In this document: piece after piece, positions 30,301 through 38,700 of the stretch
How the letters are laid out: the number at the start of each line of letters is the position of its first letter
Position numbering within the stretch: position 1 is the stretch's first letter
Source of the DNA: Myxococcales bacterium
GTDB lineage: Bacteria > Myxococcota_A > UBA9042 > UBA3505
Assembly (NCBI GenBank): GCA_002728755.1
Contig: PBVT01000035.1
Location: 22,260 to 86,259, forward strand
DNA: 64,000 bases
Direction of reading: 5' to 3'
Notes under the pieces: model-generated
What the model saw: only the letters and a program-made list of their open reading frames with translations
The model's database searches: none
Told to the model about the DNA's origin: nothing
Made by a program: the position numbers and the translations under genes

Positions 30301-31644
30301 ATGGAAACCGCAGAACGAAAAAACCTTCTACTGAATGACCACCATGTCCGTAAGGCTCTTTTGGACATTTTGCGAATCAGCACCAGACCCGACGCGTTCT
30401 TCTCTGACGTCATCCAAAAAGAGCTCCGGGCGCGTAAAGACCTCTCTTCCAAACGACGCAGGATCATCGCGGATGCCTCCTATGGCTTGATTCGTGCGGA
30501 TCGCAAGGTCAAATACCTCATCGACGTTGCCGCGGCAGAAGCTGGCATCCAGCATCTGATGCTACCTGCGGACGATTATCTATTGGCCCGCTATTTCTTC
30601 GTATTGATCGTAAACGACGAGGTTCACCCCTACGAAGTGGCCACATCGAATGTGCCAGAGACCGTCGCGCGACTGGCTTTAAGCATGGGGGATCCAGCCG
30701 CTCGCATCAAAGCGATAGGAGAACCCACACGACGACTCGCCATGGACGTTTCTGTTCCCGATTGGCTGGCGGAGCAGATATGCGCAGATTTTGGCAGCGA
30801 AGAGGCCGGGCTCCTCTTACGAGGAATGAACACGCGTGCCCCTTTAACGATTCGAGCAAATACCTTGAAGACAACACCAGCCAAGCTGGTAGAGACCCTG
30901 CGACAAGAGGATGTAGAGGCGTCCCCCAGCTCGCTGACACCATGGGGCCTTCACTTCGAAAAGAGAATCAATATTCGCGGGTTACATGCCTTTCGCCGTG
31001 GTCTATTCGAAACCCAGGATGAAGGCTCACAGCTCATCGCCTTGATCGCAAGACCCGAAAAGAACAGTCGCGTTATGGATCTATGTGCGGGGGCCGGCGG
31101 AAAAACCCTGGCTCTCGCAGCCATGATGGAAAATACGGGAACCATACTCGCCGCAGACCTGAGTGGACGACGCCTCAAACGAATGATTCCACGCCTTCAG
31201 CGAGCCGGTGCCCAGAACGTTACAGTTCATTTCCCAGACAAACCCATTCCGAAACAGTGGAAAAGGAATACAGACGTCGTTCTGGTGGACGCTCCGTGCT
31301 CTGGTAGTGGGACGCTACGGCGTACTCCAGAGAAACGAAACACCATGTCCCTCGACGATGTGATGCGACTAACGCATATTCAGGGGGAAATTCTTGATGA
31401 AGCCACAAGATGGACCCGTGAAGGTGGTCATATTATCTATGCAACCTGCAGCCTGTTCTCAGCTGAAAATGATGCCGTAGTAGAAGCGTTCTTGCAGCGG
31501 CACGAGAACTTCCAACAGGTCCCCCTCTCCGAGCACATCGATCCGGAGCTGGCACGTGCCATCGGCGATGGAAACGTACTTCGTGTCACACCTCACAGAC
31601 ATAATACCGACGGCTTCTACGCTGCGGTCCTTCAACGACGATAG
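30301..31644 (+). CDS. RsmB/NOP2/Sun-family RNA (cytosine-C5) methyltransferase
   Basis: SAM-binding DLCAGAGGKT, catalytic VLVDAPCSGSGTLRRTPE and YATCSL motifs. Confidence 0.85.
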   Translation: METAERKNLLLNDHHVRKALLDILRISTRPDAFFSDVIQKELRARKDLSSKRRRIIADASYGLIRADRKVKYLIDVAAAEAGIQHLMLPADDYLLARYFFVLIVNDEVHPYEVATSNVPETVARLALSMGDPAARIKAIGEPTRRLAMDVSVPDWLAEQICADFGSEEAGLLLRGMNTRAPLTIRANTLKTTPAKLVETLRQEDVEASPSSLTPWGLHFEKRINIRGLHAFRRGLFETQDEGSQLIALIARPEKNSRVMDLCAGAGGKTLALAAMMENTGTILAADLSGRRLKRMIPRLQRAGAQNVTVHFPDKPIPKQWKRNTDVVLVDAPCSGSGTLRRTPEKRNTMSLDDVMRLTHIQGEILDEATRWTREGGHIIYATCSLFSAENDAVVEAFLQRHENFQQVPLSEHIDPELARAIGDGNVLRVTPHRHNTDGFYAAVLQRR

Positions 31645-31737
31645 GTCCTTTTGCTGTATTGCGGGCTTCCTTGCCGAATTTCGGCGGGTATCCTACAGTT
31701 TGTGATTCTGGGACCATCGCAATTGGAGGCAACAACG

Positions 31738-32382
31738 ATGCAGCGAAGATACTCTCGAATTTTTCAAGTTGTCATCGTAGGGTTCGTGCTGAGCGCATTC
31801 GGCTGTGCCGCCGGTGATGGTGGAACAACTGGGCCACTCGTAGACAACGGCAGTTCAAATACGGACCCTGGAACAACGCCAGATGTCGGCAATAATACCG
31901 ATCCAGGAACAACGACGGATACGAAGCAGGAAGATACGACTGTAAGCCTTACAGAGGCAGCAATCGCATGTGGCGGCAACATGGATTCCACGCCAGGAAC
32001 AAAGATCATTGGTTCCCCGTGTACCATTCATGAAGAGTGTGCCACGGGATATTGTTACCAGGGATGGTATATGGGATGGGCCGGAGGTACTGGCTTTTGT
32101 ACGATCGCTTGCAGTGGTTGTAATCCATCATCGGCCTTTTGTTCCGACTTCGACGTGGAAGGTGGTCCGATCTACACCTGCTCGAAAAAGAAACATAGTT
32201 GTCTGACCGAAAACTTTGGAGAAGAAGCCGCGGAGGGGATTTGTATCCCTGAATGCGTGTCTGTAGCTGATTGTGACAGTGCCTTTGGCCCCGCATACTC
32301 AACGTGTATGGTACCCGAAACCAACGAATGTGGGGATTCAGGGATGGGTGTATCCAAAGCCTGCTTCACTCCCCAACCGTGA
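31738..32382 (+). CDS. secreted Cys-rich lipoprotein, function unknown
   Basis: ATG 31738 is preceded by GGAGG. Signal MQRRYSRIFQVVIVGFVLSAFGC (lipobox). The mature part has a Thr/Pro/Asp-rich linker then about 16 Cys in C-x3-E/D-C-x3-x-C type spacing. Confidence 0.6.
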   Translation: MQRRYSRIFQVVIVGFVLSAFGCAAGDGGTTGPLVDNGSSNTDPGTTPDVGNNTDPGTTTDTKQEDTTVSLTEAAIACGGNMDSTPGTKIIGSPCTIHEECATGYCYQGWYMGWAGGTGFCTIACSGCNPSSAFCSDFDVEGGPIYTCSKKKHSCLTENFGEEAAEGICIPECVSVADCDSAFGPAYSTCMVPETNECGDSGMGVSKACFTPQP

Positions 32383-33269
32383 AGTTCAAGCGCTCTCCAG
32401 ACCGGATCGGGTCGCTATTCCTGATTGGACTCCTGTTTTTCGGCGCCGCTTGTTCCTCGAAAGGGGACGGTGAACGACGAACAGAAACCGTGAACAATAG
32501 CGCTGTCGAAGCCAAATTGAAGACTGCTTGGCGCGACGCCAAAACAGCCGTTCAGTCTCTCGAAGTGATGGCCAGGAATGCGGATTCATACACCAAACTA
32601 CTCGAGAAACATCGGAGAAATTTCCAGGCTATCGGTATTTTTGTAGCGATCCCTTTAGAGCCAAAGATTCCGGCGCTTCAGGATACTCTTACGAAATATG
32701 GCCAAACACTGGGTCTCCAACTCGACCACTTCTCGTCTACGCCGGATGACACCATGGGCACGCCTCTACCCGCGGAATTCGACGGACCGGGGCCATTCCA
32801 ATTCAGCGACGACCAGCTGGTCGGCGAGGTCCCCATCTCCTTTCACCTAAAACCACTGAATCTCGATAAGGTTGAGCTCTTCTGCCGCGGCTTGCATGAG
32901 CATGTCGAGCGACTGATTCTTCTGCGAGAGGTCAAAATGACCGCCAATGGAGCCGAAGTAAACGCTTCAGTGTTCTTTTTTCAGGATATTCGGGCACCGA
33001 TCGAAAAACTCCTCCTGCCGAATAGAGAACAGATCTTCGACCACGTCGGCCTGCCTAATTCGGGACCAGACTGCGAAGGCTCAAAGACATGTTCCGAGCT
33101 CATTGGAAAGATCGAAACGATACTCAAGGATGCCTCTGCATATGAAGCGAAGGCACAACAAGCTCTCAGCTATCTAAGCCAGGCCGGTCTATGGGAAGCC
33201 AGAGCCGCAGCATTTGAACAACGACAACAGAGAGTGCATACGGTTCAATATAGCCAGATTCTACGGTAG
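32379..33269 (+). CDS. hypothetical lipoprotein
   Basis: In-frame GTG at 32379 overlaps the stop of the preceding gene (GTGA) and gives VKFKRSPDRIGSLFLIGLLFFGAAC (lipobox). The ORF-tool start 32304 would overlap the upstream gene by 79 nt. Confidence 0.55.
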   Translation: MKFKRSPDRIGSLFLIGLLFFGAACSSKGDGERRTETVNNSAVEAKLKTAWRDAKTAVQSLEVMARNADSYTKLLEKHRRNFQAIGIFVAIPLEPKIPALQDTLTKYGQTLGLQLDHFSSTPDDTMGTPLPAEFDGPGPFQFSDDQLVGEVPISFHLKPLNLDKVELFCRGLHEHVERLILLREVKMTANGAEVNASVFFFQDIRAPIEKLLLPNREQIFDHVGLPNSGPDCEGSKTCSELIGKIETILKDASAYEAKAQQALSYLSQAGLWEARAAAFEQRQQRVHTVQYSQILR

Positions 33270-34781
33270 GTCGGTCTGTACAGGCGATCCATCCCACGCC
33301 CACAACATAATCTCGAAACAGGCTCCATTGACCTGATGCACGAGACGAATCTCGCCTCCGTAGGACGTGATCAGGTTTCTGCACACAAATAGACCCAACC
33401 CTGTTCCCTTACCTGGGGCCTTTGTCGTCACAAAGGGGTCGAAGATGCGGTCGCCAACGTCGGTAGAGATTCCCGGTCCATCGTCCATAACCAGCAATCG
33501 GACCATCTCACCGTCCTGCTCCGCCTTCAGCGTAACATTCCCATCACCGCCAATGGCATCACCCGCGTTGATGATAAGGTTCAATAGAACCTGCTCCAGA
33601 TGACCGGCAGCGATGTTTACTCGTGGAAGGGTCTCTTCAATCTCTGTCGTAATATGAATATTCTCAAAACGAAGCTGTGGCCGAATTAGCTCAAGAATTT
33701 GAACGAGAACCGCAGATATATCTGCATTCGGTGGGGAGAGTTCCCCTTCGTGACGCGAAAAATCCAGTAGATTACGAAGAGTTTGATTGATTCGTCCAAG
33801 CCCATTCTGAACACGTGTAATGTACTGGCTTTGCTCCTCTGGTGTTACATCTGGAGCGTTCAGAAGATCGAGATACCCCGAAACAATTCCAAGTGGATTC
33901 CCCACCTCATGGGCAATGCCCGCAGCCATAACACCGGCCTGCGCCAATTGCTCGGAACGGACCAACGTATCTCTAGCGTCCGACAGCTCTTCGTGGATCC
34001 GTTCCAATTGCTCCAGGCGAAATTGGAAACGATCGTGGATTTGCTCCTGCGTACGCACAATCTCGTTGAAGGACTCCGCGATCTCCCTATATTCCACGGG
34101 CCCTCTCCCTTGGAAAAAGAAGCGAATACGAGTCGTAGCTGCCCGGTTCATTGCGTGATTGACTCGGCGTAGGGGGCGAACCACTACAAAGAAAAATGCT
34201 AGATAGCCCACCACAACAACCAACATCCACGCCAAGAGTGCAAATGGCACCAAACGCCGCATATGTGTCACCCGATCACCACGGAAATCACTCTGGGCGA
34301 CCATTACATCAAAGCGGCGCCACTCCCCACCATCACCCTGCACCTTAACCGACATTACACATAAACGAATCTTCGATGGGCCCAGTGGTCCTATGTTGCA
34401 CATAAGACTATCGCCAGAAACATGGGACAGAACCTCGGCCAGCTTTGGAATCGATCCAAGTGGGTTTTTACCGGCCTCCTCTTTCGGAGAGAAATACGGT
34501 CTGATCTCTGGGTAACTTGGACGCCAGATACCCCACACACGGGCGTATTTTTTGCGGACCATACTAATGAGCCCATCCAGTCGTTGTTCAAACGCCCGCC
34601 CTACCTGCCGTTTCGCCACGGAATCTTTGACGTATTCACGAAACTCATTCCGATTTTGCAGCTGCTCATCGTAACTCATAACCGACGAAGCAAAATGGAC
34701 TGTGACCCCTGTTGCGAGACCGCAAACCAAGAAAAGAATCACCAAAACCCAACTTCTAGTACCCATTCTGAACTCAAACAC
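33261..34781 (-). CDS. membrane sensor histidine kinase (HAMP-HisKA-HATPase_c)
   Basis: Two TM segments, H-box AHEVGNPL, N-box LLNLIINAGDA, G-boxes DDGPGI and GTGLGL. Confidence 0.88.
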   Translation of the reverse strand: MFEFRMGTRSWVLVILFLVCGLATGVTVHFASSVMSYDEQLQNRNEFREYVKDSVAKRQVGRAFEQRLDGLISMVRKKYARVWGIWRPSYPEIRPYFSPKEEAGKNPLGSIPKLAEVLSHVSGDSLMCNIGPLGPSKIRLCVMSVKVQGDGGEWRRFDVMVAQSDFRGDRVTHMRRLVPFALLAWMLVVVVGYLAFFFVVVRPLRRVNHAMNRAATTRIRFFFQGRGPVEYREIAESFNEIVRTQEQIHDRFQFRLEQLERIHEELSDARDTLVRSEQLAQAGVMAAGIAHEVGNPLGIVSGYLDLLNAPDVTPEEQSQYITRVQNGLGRINQTLRNLLDFSRHEGELSPPNADISAVLVQILELIRPQLRFENIHITTEIEETLPRVNIAAGHLEQVLLNLIINAGDAIGGDGNVTLKAEQDGEMVRLLVMDDGPGISTDVGDRIFDPFVTTKAPGKGTGLGLFVCRNLITSYGGEIRLVHQVNGACFEIMLWAWDGSPVQTDLP

Positions 34782-34838
34782 CCGGTCCCAAATTCAGGGC
34801 TCAATCTGATGCTTTGCCTCGTATAAAATAGAATCCCG

Positions 34839-35732
34839 TTAAAGGTTCATGATCAACGGGTTTTGAGGCAACACATCGTGTAAAAGGTACCATTGCATGC
34901 CAGAAAGAGCGAGGAAGGGTCCGAAGGGTAGAGCAAGCATTCCCACGGATTCCTGTTCTTCTGCGACTACAACTCCTGCCATATCTGCGGAGCCGTCGGT
35001 GGTCTTCTGGTTTGGCCGGGACGTTAGCCACCAGAGTGTTGCAAATAAGGTGCCCTGCACAGACGCTGCAAACAAGATAAACGGTACAGAAGCAAAGCCA
35101 AGATAGGCTCCCAATAGCGCCATAAGCTTCACATCACCCATACCCATACCATCACGCCCACGTACAATCCGGTATGAAATCGCCACAAATAAGACGGTGC
35201 CTCCGCCGACCAGAGCCCCCACAGATGAATATTGCCAGTTGATACCCGTAGCTTCGACTGCGCCAAACGAGATTGCCAAACCAAATAGGGTGCCCGTTAA
35301 GGAGAGTCCATCCGGAATAATCATATGGTCGAGATCTATGACGCTGATGGCTAACAATAAAGCCATAAACGAGAGTCCGTGCAGTAGGTACCAACCCATC
35401 AGGTCTGGAGAACCCGCTAGATGTCTCGCGCGGAAAAAGACCAAGAGAAAGGCCACCGCACACATCGCCTCAATAACAGGGTAGCGAATGGGAATTTCCC
35501 ACTCACACTTACGGCACCGGCCACGTAATACAAGCCACGAAAAAATTGGGATGTTGTCGTAAAAGCGGATGGAATTGGCGCAATTCGGACAGCGGGAACC
35601 CGGGCTGACAATACTCTCGTTGGCCGGAAGACGTGCGATCAGGACGTTAAGAAAAGAGCCCACAAGCAGACCCAACATCGACAGAAACAAACCCAAGAAC
35701 GAGATGGGGATGTAGATACCACGTAGCTGCAC
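34839..35732 (-). CDS. pilD: type IV prepilin peptidase (A24 family)
   Basis: GTG start. N-terminal Cys motifs CPNC...CRKC. Catalytic Asp contexts VIDLDHMIIPD and GMGMGDVKLMALLG. Polytopic. Confidence 0.88.
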   Translation of the reverse strand: MQLRGIYIPISFLGLFLSMLGLLVGSFLNVLIARLPANESIVSPGSRCPNCANSIRFYDNIPIFSWLVLRGRCRKCEWEIPIRYPVIEAMCAVAFLLVFFRARHLAGSPDLMGWYLLHGLSFMALLLAISVIDLDHMIIPDGLSLTGTLFGLAISFGAVEATGINWQYSSVGALVGGGTVLFVAISYRIVRGRDGMGMGDVKLMALLGAYLGFASVPFILFAASVQGTLFATLWWLTSRPNQKTTDGSADMAGVVVAEEQESVGMLALPFGPFLALSGMQWYLLHDVLPQNPLIMNL

Positions 35733-35747
35733 TGCGATGCCCCTTTA

Positions 35748-38700
35748 TCAGTAGACGGTAAAGGAGCCGATCTTTACTCGATCGGGATCGTTTTTTGTCC
35801 GATAAGCCGGCGTCTTTACGCTTTCAATGCTAAGTCGGCTTTGATCTCCGCCCGACATATAAAACCCGAACCAGAGATCGTATCGACCCGATTTCGATCC
35901 AAACGGAATCTCCTTCTCAAATGTCGCCTCTACCACATCTCCAACCATCCAATGATTCGTTTGGAAACACCCACGGCACTGTTTGTCATCCGCTCCACCA
36001 GGTAGATTCAAGACCCAGAAATCGGCACCAATACGATCGGCACCAGGACTCTCAATATGTACAAAGATTCTGTAGTTCTTAAGAACACGGCCAATCACTC
36101 GAAAGAAGAGGCTGACCTTCACTTTCTGGCCACGACGCACAAGTCGTTTTGAATTGTGAATCCGGTACGCGCTTAAGATTAACTTCTTTTCGAAATTGAC
36201 CTCGATCGGCTGTACACCGGGCAAGGCCATAACATCCTCGGTGGTATGTACCACACGGCGGAAGCGATTATAGTCCTTATCACCCTCCGAAATCTTGGAC
36301 GCGAGAAGATTGAGTCTGGAGGAACGAGAGTCGAGCACTGGGATATGCTTTCCACCACTGCTTTTGCGATAGGTGTGGTTCAGAGAGCTGAGCTTTCGAC
36401 TCGGCACAACAACATAGGCTCGAGAATCCTTCATACCCGTACTCTTTGGGTTATGCGCCCGACGAAGCGTTACGGTTGCGGGACCATCACCCAAACCCAA
36501 CGGAGGTCCTTGATAGCGAACCGTGTTGGTTCCACTCGAAACAACAACACGCTCTCTGGCTCGTTGGTTCCCATCACCAATTACCCGTGCATCCTTCCAG
36601 CGGTTCAACGCCCACTGAACTCCATCGAATGTTAGTTCATAACCAAACGCTTCGACCTCACCCCGCACCGGATCCTGGCCGGCCATAGCGAGATTATACC
36701 GTTGCACGGATTGTGATGGAATGACTCGTAAGGGATATCCACGAAAGAATACGGTGTCGGTATCGTTGCCAATCACGATCCCCGCACGACCTTTCGGATC
36801 ATCTCCGGTTCGAAGCTCTGCCCCCTTCCATTGATCTGGTTTCCACTTGGCCGTCCTATCGGTAAGGAATTGGCGAACGCGGCTGGTGGTACCTGCAAAT
36901 TCCGTTTGCATCCGATCCACACGGTAATACCCGTCTGGTTTCCCAGCTCCCTGCTCAAGAGGCGGTCCTTCATAGGTTAGAGTTGTTGCTGTGTTGGAGG
37001 TCACTCTACGAGGAAAAGACAACTCATATCTTGTTAACCGACCATTACTTCCCGTGGGCATCGAAGCCCCCACAAATTCGAGCCGGGTTTTGTCGTTGCC
37101 CGTTACCGTTACATCACCTCGGTTTCGAATACGCAGTGTCGCCCCTTTCCACTCGTCTCTCGTCCATTTCTTTCTGGTGTCCACCAGATGGTTTGATGAC
37201 CAATTCGTTGAGGTCCCAACTTCACTCTTTCCATTATTCCCTTTGCCATCGATGATTTGTGCGCCAACCCAGTCATCTTTAGCCCAACTCTTATGCTCAT
37301 CTGTAATGACGCCACTACCCAAGACGCCAACGCCTGTATCGGCCGTGTAGTCGCGAACCCCATCACCGTCAGCGTCATTCCTGGGGTCGAAACTGCGAAC
37401 AACGACGTGTTCGGGCAGATCCAGAAAGCGAGATGTCTCCGGTCGCACCACCACATCTTCTCGCCCACGCAGAATATCAATGACGGTCTTCTCATTCTTT
37501 ACGTGAGGTATCGACTGTTCATAGAAATTATTCTTGCTATGGGTCGCCCCTGCGGCCCCATGCCAGAAAATATTCGGCCCGATATCCGAACGACGTTCGG
37601 CATTCTTATACGTTTCCAACAAATGCTTATGGGACACGTGAAGGCTCAGATCGGGCACAAACCGAAAGACGACGAGCCCCATCAACACAAAAGATAAAGC
37701 CACAAGACCAGCAAAGTGAATTCCAGGACGTTCGATGGCCCTTGCCATACGACTGAGCGCATCCCGCCAGTTATGGTCACGATCCATGTAGACGATCATC
37801 GTAGCGATAACATCCACCATCACTATCGCCAGTGGTATCCAGGCTAGATGCCGCATCATAGTAGCTTCACCGGTGCGCATCCCCATAGCGGGAGCAGTTG
37901 CCATAAACAACGCGGCAAGGACACCGCTGATTGCTACCCCCATATGAAGCCTGCTCCGCCCTACTCGAGCCTCAAAGCTTTGCATACTGCGGGTCCACCC
38001 CATGATGGACCATAGGATAAGACATATGATCGAAATCAGCAGCAGACCCGAACCCATGGCCTGGGACATCGTCTCACCCACTGGACTTGGCTCTCCAACA
38101 AGCCCCAGACCATCCGGAAGGGTGGAACTGGAAGCAAAATCTGGTGCCGCACCCGACGGTAGATAGGGGACAGCAGCCGTAACCGCATGCATCGATGCCG
38201 ATGGAACCAACGCACCCGGTGACTCTGCGCTATAGCTCGTCGCTGCCGTCACGTCTTGTAACATTCCTCCCAGGGGAATAGCCGTAGTCACCAGGATTCC
38301 CAACAACGACACAATTATGGTGGCTCTCTTGAGAGCTACAGACACAAATACCCGTGGCCAACACCGCAGAAGAAGAAACCATAAAACCAGGCCATACAAG
38401 GTATAGGCCCAAGTGGCGTTAAAAAGACCTTCCTTGTCTGCGACCACAGCGCCGTACAAGATTAACCACACGCTGGCCGCCAGGACAGCCTCCTCTCGAA
38501 AGAGATCCTCGCGATGTTCTGCTACCCAAAGGCCAATCAGTATCGCCCCGCAAAGGATAAGAGGGTGTAGTAGTCCGAGAAAAATATTCTGGGGATTCGA
38601 AACGGCGGAGAAAAGCAGTGTAAAGGCTCCAAGTACCCCCAAACAAAGGGCTATTAAATCCAGACTACGACCTAGCCCAAACGGATTTAACAGTGCACTC

